Below are positions 26,068 through 35,307 of a DNA stretch of 48,204 nucleotides, in pieces. The position numbers and the translations under genes were made by a program. Position 1 is the first letter of the stretch, and every line of letters begins with the position of its first letter. The stretch lies in assembly GCA_964550225.1 (NCBI GenBank), contig CAZJXT010000001.1, positions 1-48,204 on the forward strand, given 5' to 3'. Source of the DNA: an uncultured Candidatus Saccharibacteria bacterium (GTDB lineage Bacteria > Patescibacteriota > Minisyncoccia > Phycocordibacterales > UBA1006). Under the pieces are notes generated by a model. That model was given only the letters and a program-made list of their open reading frames with translations, had not been told where the DNA came from and did no database searches.

Positions 26068-27900
26068 ATGAGTTTACTTGGAGATCTCTTTGGGTCAAAT
26101 AAAAAAAATACCTCTCTTGCTATTCCGGTACTTCCATCGGATATTTATAATGCGGCAACAATGGAATTGCAGGATGTTATTGCTCCAAGTGCTGTCGAGG
26201 TTGGTACTAATACTATAAAAATAGGAGATAAAATATCTAAAACATATTTTGCGATGTCATATCCACGTATTCTTACAACAGGATGGCTCGCGCCTATTGT
26301 AAACCTTGATAAAATATTTGATGTTTCTATTCATATTAACCCTGTAGACACTTCTAGTGTATTGAAAGATTTTCAAAAAAAAGTTGCTGAGGTAGAATCT
26401 CAGATTATCGGTCGCCAAAAAGCAGGAATGGTTCGCGACCCCCAACTCGATGCTGCATATCAAAATCTTGAATCATTACGCGACAGCCTCATGCAGGCAA
26501 CCGAAAAAATGTTTGATGTTGGACTCTATATCACTATTTATGCAAGTAACGAAAACGAATTATTTAAACTTGAAAATAAAATTCGTTCCGAATTAGAAGG
26601 AAAACAAATTTATCTCAAACCAGCACTTTTCCAGCAAGAACAAGGTTTTCGTAGTGTTATTCCTACAGGATCTGACGAATTGCGAATTACTAATAAACTT
26701 AATTCCGGACCTCTCTCCTCATTTTTTCCATTTATTTCAAGCGAACTTACTGACAATAAAGGAATTCTGTATGGAGTAAATCGACAAAATGCAGGACTTG
26801 TTATTTTCGATCGATTCTCAATGCCCAACTATAACTCAGTAATTTTTGCACGATCAGGAGCGGGGAAGTCTTATGCAACGAAACTAGAAATTCTCCGTAC
26901 GATGATGTTCGATACTGACGTATTGATTATCGACCCAGAAAACGAATATCAATATTTAGCCGAAGCAGTAGGAGGAAGATTTTTTAAGGTGTCACTATCT
27001 TCAAATAGCCACATTAACCCATTTGATCTTCCTAAGCCACTTCCTGATGAATCACCATCTGATGTATTACGCGCAAATATTACAAGTCTTATCGGTTTAT
27101 TTCGAATTATTTTAGGAGGACTTACTCCAGAAGAAGATTCTATTGTTGACCGTGCTATTACAGAAACCTACGCATTAAAAGATATCACCGCAGATACTGA
27201 TTTTACACAAATTCCACCTCCATTAATACATGATTTTGAAATGGTACTAAGGTCGATGGATGGTAGTGAGTCTTTGGTAGAGCGATTAAAAAAATATACC
27301 GAGGGAACATGGGCAGGGTTTATGAATCAGCCAACAAATGTTGATATTGATCAAAAATTAGTAGTATTTTCAATTCGAGACATGGAAGACGAATTAAAAC
27401 CTGCAGCAATGTACATCATTACTCATTTTATTTGGAACGCTGTTCGAAAAAGTCTTAAAAAACGGCTTCTCGTTGTAGATGAAGCTTGGGTTATGATGCA
27501 AAACGAGGAAGCAGCTAGTTTCTTGTTTGGGATGGCAAAACGAGGACGTAAATATTTCTTAGGACTTGCAACCATTACTCAAGATGTTGGAGATTTCGTA
27601 AAATCAAAATACGGAATCCCTATTATTACCAACTCTTCACTCCAACTTCTTTTAGGGCAATCACCAACCGCAATTGATACTTTGCAAACCGTATTTAACC
27701 TAACTGATGGTGAAAAATATGCACTTTTGGAATCAGGGGTAGGAGAGGGAATCTTTTTTGCAGGAAAACAACACGTTTCTATCAAAGTTATTTCTAGCTA
27801 TACCGAAGACCAAATTGTGAGCTCTGATCCTCATCAAATTTTAGCACTGAGAAAAGCAAAAGAAGATATCGCCTCATCTGATAGTGCGTTTGTGAATTAA
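26068..27900 (+). CDS. virB4: VirB4/TrsE-family type IV secretion ATPase
   Basis: IAPSAVEVGTNTIKIGDK..YFAMSYPR..TGWLAPIVNLD N-terminal domain. Walker A ARSGAGKSYATK. Walker B LLVVDEAW. ATITQD. Confidence 0.88.
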   Translation: MSLLGDLFGSNKKNTSLAIPVLPSDIYNAATMELQDVIAPSAVEVGTNTIKIGDKISKTYFAMSYPRILTTGWLAPIVNLDKIFDVSIHINPVDTSSVLKDFQKKVAEVESQIIGRQKAGMVRDPQLDAAYQNLESLRDSLMQATEKMFDVGLYITIYASNENELFKLENKIRSELEGKQIYLKPALFQQEQGFRSVIPTGSDELRITNKLNSGPLSSFFPFISSELTDNKGILYGVNRQNAGLVIFDRFSMPNYNSVIFARSGAGKSYATKLEILRTMMFDTDVLIIDPENEYQYLAEAVGGRFFKVSLSSNSHINPFDLPKPLPDESPSDVLRANITSLIGLFRIILGGLTPEEDSIVDRAITETYALKDITADTDFTQIPPPLIHDFEMVLRSMDGSESLVERLKKYTEGTWAGFMNQPTNVDIDQKLVVFSIRDMEDELKPAAMYIITHFIWNAVRKSLKKRLLVVDEAWVMMQNEEAASFLFGMAKRGRKYFLGLATITQDVGDFVKSKYGIPIITNSSLQLLLGQSPTAIDTLQTVFNLTDGEKYALLESGVGEGIFFAGKQHVSIKVISSYTEDQIVSSDPHQILALRKAKEDIASSDSAFVN

Positions 27901-27929
27901 AAATCATGGTATACTAAAACCATGATTTT
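27900..27929 (+). terminator. Hairpin (11-bp stem) after virB4 that overlaps the first ATG of the next ORF
   Basis: aaaatcatggt-atactaaa-accatgatttt. Confidence 0.5.
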
Positions 27930-28947
27930 TAATATGAAAAAAAATGTTTTTCTTGGAATACTTTTTATGCTTATTACAATCCCGGTCTTTACGTATGCTC
28001 AGGTACAGGAAAACATTCAGTCGTACGACACAATGGTGAATGAGGGAGACTTTGTTTTCGAAGTGAATCCAGAAAATCCAGGACCTAATGAATTAGTTAC
28101 TATTAAATTAACTAGTGACTTAGTTGATACAAATCGATACCCAATTACATGGACGGTGGATGGCATTGTTGTTGAAACGGGAATCGGAAAACGCACTATT
28201 CAAACAAAGACTAAAAATTATGGCGAGACAACTGTTGTAGAAATCTCAATTAAGCTTGCTGAGTCTACCGTTACTAAACGAATCGCACTCAGTCCAAACG
28301 ATTCAACTATTCTTTGGGAAGCAATTGATTCCTATGTCCCACCATTTTATCCAGGTAAAAAACTACCAAGTGCTGAAGCATTAGTTCGCATTGTAAGTAT
28401 TCCAAATTTTTTATCAAGTAAACTTTCAACAGCAACAAAAAATGCTGTGTACACTTGGACACGTAATAAAAGTGCTATCACAGAAGCGAGTGGCTATGGC
28501 AAAGATTTTATTCTCATCAAACATAATAAAATCAGAGAGAGTGAAATTATCGGAGTTACCAGTAGTAGTACCGATGGGAGCCGTGTAGCTAAAACAAATA
28601 TTGTTATTCCATTCTTTGATCCTCAAATTGTATTTTATACAAAAAATAGAGCAACGGGAATTACTGAACAAAATGCAATTTCATCGCTTAATTTAACAGC
28701 TCCTGTAACAACCTTGATTGCAACTCCTTATTTCTTTTCAACAGTTGATGATACTCCACAGTTTTTAAAAACAAAATGGACTATGAATAATAAAAAAATA
28801 AACCCTTCTGATGCGTCAAAACCAAATCGTCTCATTATTCAAAAACCAGAATCTTCAGGTTCTGCAACTATTGGAATATCTATTGAAAACCCAGGGACTC
28901 TATTCCAAACGGCTACTAAAAATATTTCTGTTTCATTCAGAAAATAA
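27922..28947 (+). CDS. Secreted protein of unknown function (alternative start 27934, MKKNVF...)
   Basis: Signal peptide MKKNVFLGILFMLITIPVFTYA. Beta-rich composition. Confidence 0.55.
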   Translation: MIFNMKKNVFLGILFMLITIPVFTYAQVQENIQSYDTMVNEGDFVFEVNPENPGPNELVTIKLTSDLVDTNRYPITWTVDGIVVETGIGKRTIQTKTKNYGETTVVEISIKLAESTVTKRIALSPNDSTILWEAIDSYVPPFYPGKKLPSAEALVRIVSIPNFLSSKLSTATKNAVYTWTRNKSAITEASGYGKDFILIKHNKIRESEIIGVTSSSTDGSRVAKTNIVIPFFDPQIVFYTKNRATGITEQNAISSLNLTAPVTTLIATPYFFSTVDDTPQFLKTKWTMNNKKINPSDASKPNRLIIQKPESSGSATIGISIENPGTLFQTATKNISVSFRK

Positions 28948-28956
28948 TTTATCCTT

Positions 28957-30702
28957 ATGAATTTCTCTTATATTAAAAAACTAATTTTTATTGTAGTAAT
29001 CAGTATTTTCGCTATTCCTTTTTCCGTCTATGCGCAACAAGCAGGAGGGGCAACTACGTTTTCTGGAAAAACGCCTAGCACGAGCACTTTTACTACAAAC
29101 ACTGAAACTGGAATAACTACTGGTACAAATGATTGCGAAATAATTTCTGCTGAGTTTTCACCATTCACAAACACCTCTTCAACAACCCAGGCAATGGAGG
29201 GGTTTTATAAAAGTAATATAGTTACTCCTATTATTGTAACCATAACTACCAAAGATTGTGCTCAGAAAAAAATTAAAGTTTCTCTCATGGAAAAAGATAA
29301 AGGTCCTGGTGTTAATATCTTTGATAGCCTTACAGGAGATGATCCCGTAAGCATTCTCAACAACAAAGAATTAACAGTTGGTCCTGATGAGCAAATAATT
29401 ATTAGTCTTCAGGCTGGTGAATCTGAATGTGAAACAGGCCAAACTATTCAAATAGGAAATGTTTTTCCTGACTGTGTTTATTATCTTCATATTGAAAATA
29501 GTAACGGTGTTGTTTTCGAAACCATGGATGATAATCTTGTTTTTAAACATGCCGGAATGCTTGCTTATGAATGTGATGTTTCTGATATTGTAGGAACTAT
29601 TATTACAGTAACAACAGCAGGAACACAAAGCGGTTGTCTTGATGATTGGAAATATACTGGAGACACCTCTCTTAAAGACAGTAGCAGTGTTACTCTCGAA
29701 GAAGCAGGGTCCCTCACTGACCCAAATTCTGCATGTGGAGACAATCCTGATTGTTATGAATTATTTGCAGGATTTGGAAAAGCTTTAGGTGAAAAATTTG
29801 CAACCGTAAAACCTTCAAGTCTTGGCGACTTCATCAATATGCTTATCATGTTTGCTATTGGTATCTTTGGAATTATTTTAATTGTCCGTATTTTCTTACT
29901 CGGGTTTCAAATAGCTCAAGATAAAAAAGATGGTAAAGTAGTCGCACTAAGTGATACTAAAGAAGAACTTTTTAAGGCAATCGGTGGATTCATTCTCTTG
30001 TTATGTATCTTTATTATTTTGCGAACGATTAATCCTGACTTGTTAAATCTTACACCAAGAATTGATGCGTTGTCTCTTGAGGTTAAAAGTCGTACTGATG
30101 ACCCTAATGTTAAATCATATGTTGATTCTATTGATACTTCAGAAATTACCAGTCATCCAGTTGATTATGACGATGAGACATTCTTAACCTATCTCGGACA
30201 TCAACAAGGTGCAGCAGGTGCAGCATCTATTTTGTGGGCGTACCATCGAGGATACTCATCAATTCCTAACACTACTCCATTTTTAAGTAACGCATCTATT
30301 ACAAATATGCGTATGCAAAAAAATTATTTTGGCTCAGGAACCGCCACTCCTCAAGCATTTCTTGATTACTGGTGGAAAAAAACCGAGGCAAATAAGAAAA
30401 AAACTGATGCTATTCCTGAAGAAATAAACAACGTCTTGAAAAAAGTTGCTGCTGATACCAACGTATCTCTCAAAACAATTCAAGTAATGTGTATGATCGA
30501 AAGTTTTGGATGTAGTAATCCCAATGCTGTAAATGGGAGCTATAAGGGGTTATTTCAAATGGGACCCACTGAATTTGCAACCTATAAACGAACTGGTGCC
30601 ACGAATATTTTTGACCCTTATGAAAACGCATATGCTGGAGCAATGTATTCGAAAAGTAATTATTCTTATATAAAAAACAAATGGAATAAAATACTTCCAT
30701 AA
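28957..30702 (+). CDS. Fusion protein: secreted N-terminal domain, T4SS pilin-like two-helix hairpin and C-terminal SLT lytic transglycosylase (VirB1-like)
   Basis: Signal peptide. FINMLIMFAIGIFGIILIVRIFLLGF...charged loop...GGFILLLCIFIILRTINP. SLT motifs MIESFG, YKGLFQM, NAYAGAMY. Confidence 0.65.
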   Translation: MNFSYIKKLIFIVVISIFAIPFSVYAQQAGGATTFSGKTPSTSTFTTNTETGITTGTNDCEIISAEFSPFTNTSSTTQAMEGFYKSNIVTPIIVTITTKDCAQKKIKVSLMEKDKGPGVNIFDSLTGDDPVSILNNKELTVGPDEQIIISLQAGESECETGQTIQIGNVFPDCVYYLHIENSNGVVFETMDDNLVFKHAGMLAYECDVSDIVGTIITVTTAGTQSGCLDDWKYTGDTSLKDSSSVTLEEAGSLTDPNSACGDNPDCYELFAGFGKALGEKFATVKPSSLGDFINMLIMFAIGIFGIILIVRIFLLGFQIAQDKKDGKVVALSDTKEELFKAIGGFILLLCIFIILRTINPDLLNLTPRIDALSLEVKSRTDDPNVKSYVDSIDTSEITSHPVDYDDETFLTYLGHQQGAAGAASILWAYHRGYSSIPNTTPFLSNASITNMRMQKNYFGSGTATPQAFLDYWWKKTEANKKKTDAIPEEINNVLKKVAADTNVSLKTIQVMCMIESFGCSNPNAVNGSYKGLFQMGPTEFATYKRTGATNIFDPYENAYAGAMYSKSNYSYIKNKWNKILP

Positions 30703-30727
30703 AAAACACCTTCATAGGGTGTTTTTT
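30701..30727 (+). terminator. Rho-independent terminator
   Basis: aaaaacacc-ttcatag-ggtgttttt. Confidence 0.65.
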
Positions 30728-30754
30728 ATATTTGTTCTATATTATAATAATCAC

Positions 30755-32329
30755 ATGCCTCCAGAAAAAAAATATGACCTCAAAAAAATAATTATCGTAG
30801 GGGTTTTACTTCTTGTTATTATGGGACTATTAGGATATTGGTTTTTTGTCATAAGAAAACCTGCTTTTAATGACCCATCTCAAACAAAAAATCTTTTTCC
30901 TTTCGGTGATAATCAAACCACAACATCTCTCACTGATCAAGGAAACACTCCTGGTATTGTAACTCCACCTCTTGGCGAAAATCCAATTAAGGTTACCGAA
31001 GGTGATAGGTTACGCATGGTTGCAAATTATCCTGTTACTGGATACTACTCATTTATTGAAAATAGATTGACCCCTCAACCAAAATTTGATGAAAAAACAA
31101 AAGAAACCATCGTATCTACATTAAATGTTCCTGTAAATATTTTACGATTTAATGTGAAAGAAAAAGGTTTTCTTATTGATGCAGAAATTAATACTGATTC
31201 AATTATTGTTTCTCAAAAAACAAAAACTGAGTTTCCTGTACCTGAAGAATTATGGTTTACTCGCGCAGGTAGTGGTTTTGTATTTAGAACCTGGAACGAT
31301 TATGAAAATACCATTGATTCATTTGTTGCATCACTTCCTGAAATTAAACCTCTTGGATATTGCGAAAAAACTCTTACTGGGATAGTCGCACAAGGATCCA
31401 AAAATGAAACCGTTAAAGAGTTACAAAAATATCTTGCTAAGAAACTCGCTGTGGTTATTACGGCAGATGGATCGTTTGGTGCCAAGACAACAACATTAGT
31501 GAAACAACTTCAAAACCTTTTTGCACTTCCTCAGACAGGAAAACTTGATGATCTTACCCGTGAAGCAATCAATGGAGACTGTCTCAATATTCAAACCGAT
31601 TACGCAAACAAAAACAAGGGACCCTTTGTTCTTACTGGAGCATTTCTCCCTTCAAATATTTTACGAGGAACCTCTTCGCCTGATGGAACATCTCTATTTT
31701 TCCTCAAAAAAAATAATTCTGGATCTGTTATTGGAACTCTTGCATCTGCAAACGGAACGAATCAAAAACCATTTTTCGAATCTCCTTTTTCTGAATGGAA
31801 CCCTGTATGGATTAATGAAAATCTTATTACGATGACCACACTGGCATCACGTGAAGCAAATGGATATCTCTATGGATTAAACCCAAAGACAGGAGACTTC
31901 AAAAAAATACTTGGTCCAATTCGAGGACTTACCACGAATACAAATCCTGACGGAACCAAGGTGCTCTATACGACCAGTACCGATAAAGGTATCATTACTC
32001 GTGTGTACACCATAGCGAACGGTAATTTACAAACCCTTGAAATGCCTACACTTGCCGAAAAATGTGTATGGAAAGACAATGTGATTATTATTTGTGCAAT
32101 ACCTCAAACTACACCTTCTGCACAATATCCAGATGCGTGGTATCAAGGACTTCTCAGTTTTTCAGATTCAATCTGGTCAATAAATACTGATTCTGGTGTG
32201 ACCAATCTTATTCTTGCCCCTTTGAAAGCATTTGATATGATCAAACCAGGATTAAGTCCTGATAAAAACTACTTTTTCTTTATTAATAAAAAAGATTCTA
32301 CGTTATGGTCATATCGACTCAATGATTAG
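30755..32329 (+). CDS. Membrane-anchored protein with a peptidoglycan-binding (PG_binding_1) domain and TolB-like beta-propeller repeats
   Basis: TM IIIVGVLLLVIMGLLGYWFFV. VKELQKYLAK...ADGSFGAKTTTLVKQLQNLFALPQTGKLD. Repeated SPDGT/NPDGT/SPDKN motifs. Confidence 0.65.
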   Translation: MPPEKKYDLKKIIIVGVLLLVIMGLLGYWFFVIRKPAFNDPSQTKNLFPFGDNQTTTSLTDQGNTPGIVTPPLGENPIKVTEGDRLRMVANYPVTGYYSFIENRLTPQPKFDEKTKETIVSTLNVPVNILRFNVKEKGFLIDAEINTDSIIVSQKTKTEFPVPEELWFTRAGSGFVFRTWNDYENTIDSFVASLPEIKPLGYCEKTLTGIVAQGSKNETVKELQKYLAKKLAVVITADGSFGAKTTTLVKQLQNLFALPQTGKLDDLTREAINGDCLNIQTDYANKNKGPFVLTGAFLPSNILRGTSSPDGTSLFFLKKNNSGSVIGTLASANGTNQKPFFESPFSEWNPVWINENLITMTTLASREANGYLYGLNPKTGDFKKILGPIRGLTTNTNPDGTKVLYTTSTDKGIITRVYTIANGNLQTLEMPTLAEKCVWKDNVIIICAIPQTTPSAQYPDAWYQGLLSFSDSIWSINTDSGVTNLILAPLKAFDMIKPGLSPDKNYFFFINKKDSTLWSYRLND

Positions 32330-32346
32330 ATTATTAATAAAAATCT

Positions 32347-32387
32347 TACGTAAAACAAAAACCCTTATTGGGTTTTTGTTTTACGTA
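32347..32387. terminator. 18-bp perfect palindrome, bidirectional terminator overlapping the yidC stop
   Basis: tacgtaaaacaaaaaccc-ttatt-gggtttttgttttacgta. The yidC stop codon lies in the loop. Confidence 0.75.
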
Positions 32388-33066
32388 GAATAAATTGTTC
32401 TTGAGCAATCATTGTAAGATTTGAAACAATCCAATACAGCGCAACAGCTCCAGGAACTGCATAGGCAAACAATGTGATCATGATAGGCATAGTATACTTC
32501 ATCGATTTTTGCATATTAGCCATCATTGCGCCCTGCATATCAGAGGTGTCTGGTTTTGTTTCAGGTGTTTGCATTGCAGGTGAATAATACATTTGTGCAA
32601 ATTGCGAAATTCCAGCAAGTATTGCAAGAATAATACTTTTAGCACTCATGTCTAATCCTAGAAACACTGTGTTCACCATTGCTGGTGCATGAACAAAACT
32701 ATAAAGACTTTCTGGGACAATAGTAGCCCCCGCAAGAAATACTCGATACAGTGCAATAATAACAGGAAGCTGAAGGAGGATCAGGAGACATCCAGCAAAC
32801 GGATTCGTCTTGTGCTCCTTGTACAATTCCATTAATTTTTGAGACTGTTCTTTTTGATCAGGGTATTTTTTTCTCAAGTCGTCTACAAGTGGCTGTAATT
32901 TCTTTTGTTCTATTTGTGAAACAATGGATTTATGTGACAGTGGGGCAAGTATTAATTTTACAAGTAACGTGAGTCCGATAACCGCAAGTCCGAGCGATCC
33001 TCCCAAAAGACCTGTGAGGACTACTAATGCATTATAAAGAGGGAGAAAAAAAATAGTATGAAACAT
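32365..33066 (-). CDS. yidC: YidC/Oxa1 family membrane protein insertase (short form)
   Basis: LTLLVKLILAPL, Q.KLQPL...YKEHK.NPFAGCLLILLQLPVIIALY. Synteny with yidD-rnpA-rpmH. Confidence 0.9.
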   Translation of the reverse strand: MFHTIFFLPLYNALVVLTGLLGGSLGLAVIGLTLLVKLILAPLSHKSIVSQIEQKKLQPLVDDLRKKYPDQKEQSQKLMELYKEHKTNPFAGCLLILLQLPVIIALYRVFLAGATIVPESLYSFVHAPAMVNTVFLGLDMSAKSIILAILAGISQFAQMYYSPAMQTPETKPDTSDMQGAMMANMQKSMKYTMPIMITLFAYAVPGAVALYWIVSNLTMIAQEQFILRKTKTQ

Positions 33067-33089
33067 AGGTTTTTAGTATAACATAACAA

Positions 33090-33311
33090 CTACAAAGGGT
33101 CAGTAAAATTCTTTTGCCAAGGATGGCATCGTAATATCCTCCATAATGCCAAAAACCACCCCTTGATTGCACCATATCGACATATTGATATTATTGCATA
33201 TTCTGAACAACTTGATGCGCCATGAGCATAGAACATACAACTATTAGGCAATATTGGCCGAAAAACAATTCTATAAAAATAAATAGGGGATAGTGCTATT
33301 TTTTTAAACAT
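33090..33311 (-). CDS. yidD: Membrane protein insertion efficiency factor YidD
   Basis: YFYRIVFRPILPNSCMFYAHGASSCSEYA...YGAIKG..LALWRILRCHPW. Confidence 0.88.
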   Translation of the reverse strand: MFKKIALSPIYFYRIVFRPILPNSCMFYAHGASSCSEYAIISICRYGAIKGWFLALWRILRCHPWQKNFTDPL

Positions 33312-33625
33312 ATATCAACAAGATTTTGTTTAATCTCTTGAAAAGAAATATTTGTTTTATAAAAACTCTGTTTTGGAAAAACAGTAATGTATGAAACAGG
33401 TAATTGTTCTTTTATTGAACCTAGTATTTCATATACTACTCTTCGTGTTGCATTTCGAGCCACAGCTGTTTTCGCAATTTTCTGAGAAATAACCGCTGCG
33501 CATTTGGGGTTTTTTAAAGCGACATCATTATGAAAAACCACTCGAAAGAATTCATTTTGAAAAGTTTTCCCTCGAAGCACCTTGGGGAATTGTTTTGTTT
33601 CAATTCTATATTTTGAAGATAACAT
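33296..33625 (-). CDS. rnpA: Ribonuclease P protein component
   Basis: 109 aa basic protein immediately downstream of rpmH. FRVVF...AAVISQKIAKTAVARNATRR matches the RNase P protein RNR motif region. Confidence 0.8.
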   Translation of the reverse strand: MLSSKYRIETKQFPKVLRGKTFQNEFFRVVFHNDVALKNPKCAAVISQKIAKTAVARNATRRVVYEILGSIKEQLPVSYITVFPKQSFYKTNISFQEIKQNLVDICLKK

Positions 33626-33677
33626 AGGGTAAGTATAACAAAAAAGGACCTTTGTGGGGTCTTTTTTGAAAATAAGA

Positions 33678-33812
33678 TTAAATAGCAACTTTTGCACGAC
33701 CTTTTTGTCGTCGTCGTCGAATCATGTTTCTTCCTCCTGAGGTTGCTTGGCGACCCAAGAATCCATGAGCTCGTGCTCGTTTTCGTTTGTGTGGGTTATA
33801 AGTAAATGACAT
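33678..33812 (-). CDS. rpmH: 50S ribosomal protein L34 (not in the ORF track, 44 aa)
   Basis: Translates to [44 protein letters not shown]. Confidence 0.93.
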   Translation of the reverse strand: MSFTYNPHKRKRARAHGFLGRQATSGGRNMIRRRRQKGRAKVAI

Positions 33813-33901
33813 AATGATGGGATTATTACACAATTTCGTTTTTTTTGCAAGGAAATCTTTACATGTTTTTCATTATGTGTTTTTAAACAATGTACACATA
33901 G

Positions 33902-33948
33902 TTATCCACAGGTCTTTAGTGTATAATTTTTTGGTATACTTATCCACA
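33902..33948 (+). promoter_or_regulatory. dnaA promoter region with two perfect DnaA boxes and two -10 elements
   Basis: TTATCCACA at 33902-33910 and 33940-33948. TGTATAAT at 33920-33927. TGGTATACT at 33932-33940, overlapping the second box. Confidence 0.75.
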
Positions 33949-33951
33949 CTT

Positions 33952-35307
33952 ATGCATAACGACGCTCAAAAAACATGGAATCAGGCACTTGTTGACTTAG
34001 AACTCGTTGTTTCTAAGGGTAATTTTGCGACATGGTTCAAAAATACTCATGGTATTCGTATTGATGACGGTGTTTTCTATGTAGGTGTTCCTAATGAGTT
34101 CTATCGAGAATGGCTTTCGACTAAATTTCATAAAGAAATTTTGAAATCCCTCCGTCACCATAACGAACATATTAGAAATGTTGAATACACTATTTCTAAA
34201 AACTCTCCTGAGATTATCGATGTCAAAAAAACATCTCCATCGGAACAAGTTGTTCATGTAAAAGAGCTTCCTTTAGAGGTTGCAACGAATAAAAAAGACA
34301 ACTTGAATCCTAAATACACCTTTGAAAACTTCATTATTGGACCATTTAACGAGGTTGCATACTCTGCAGCCCAAGCAACTCTGCGTCAACCAGGAATTTA
34401 CAATCCATTATTTATTTATGGATCAACCGGTCTTGGAAAAACACACTTAATCCAAGCGGTGGGGAATGCCTTAAAGCAAAAAAATCCTCATATTTCAATT
34501 CTTTATACAAACTCTGAAAAATTCACGAATGATGTAGTGGGTGCAATGCAATCAGGTAAAATTACTTCTCTTAAAGAAAAATATCGAAGTTATGATGTGT
34601 TTATTATGGACGATATTCAATTCTTATCAGGGCGAGATAAAACCCAAGAAGAATTGTTTCACTTATTTAATATTTTCTTTGATAAAAATAGACAAGTAAT
34701 CTTTTCGTCTGATAAACACCCTAACCATATTCTTGGACTAGAAGATCGTTTAAAATCAAGACTTTCTCAGGGAATGATTATTGATATTTCAAAACCGGAA
34801 TATGAATCACGTATTGCTATTTTGCAAGCTAAGGCTCGTGAAAACGATCTCTCAATTTCCCCAGAAACACTTGATTTCATTGCCTCAAATGTCGAAGGTA
34901 ACATTCGGGAACTCGAAGGTATTTTTAACACCTTACTTGTTCAAATTCAAGCAAAACGACGTGATTTAAATATTAATGAGATAAAATCTCTGATAAAAAA
35001 CAATATTAAACCAAAGAAAAACGTTTCTACAGAAGATATTATTAAAACTATTGCTCATTTTTATAATATCGAAGAGTCTCTTATTTATGAAAAAACACGT
35101 CGTAAGGAAGTTGTTGCCGCACGGCAAGTTGCAATGTTTCTCCTTCGAGAAGATTTTAATATTTCATTTCCTCTCATTGGTCGTAAAATGGGTGGGCGAG
35201 ACCATACTACCGTCATTCACTCTTGTGACAAGATTAAACACGACCTTGAAACCGATGCGGGGCTCGCTCAAGAAGTTGAACAAATTCGATCAATGCTTTC
35301 AATGTAG
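33952..35307 (+). CDS. dnaA: Chromosomal replication initiator protein DnaA
   Basis: NPLFIYGSTGLGKTHL, DDIQFL, sensor and box VII regions, and C-terminal HTH (VAARQVAMFLLRE...GGRDHTTVIH). The start is set at MHNDAQKTWN. Confidence 0.95.
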   Translation: MHNDAQKTWNQALVDLELVVSKGNFATWFKNTHGIRIDDGVFYVGVPNEFYREWLSTKFHKEILKSLRHHNEHIRNVEYTISKNSPEIIDVKKTSPSEQVVHVKELPLEVATNKKDNLNPKYTFENFIIGPFNEVAYSAAQATLRQPGIYNPLFIYGSTGLGKTHLIQAVGNALKQKNPHISILYTNSEKFTNDVVGAMQSGKITSLKEKYRSYDVFIMDDIQFLSGRDKTQEELFHLFNIFFDKNRQVIFSSDKHPNHILGLEDRLKSRLSQGMIIDISKPEYESRIAILQAKARENDLSISPETLDFIASNVEGNIRELEGIFNTLLVQIQAKRRDLNINEIKSLIKNNIKPKKNVSTEDIIKTIAHFYNIEESLIYEKTRRKEVVAARQVAMFLLREDFNISFPLIGRKMGGRDHTTVIHSCDKIKHDLETDAGLAQEVEQIRSMLSM

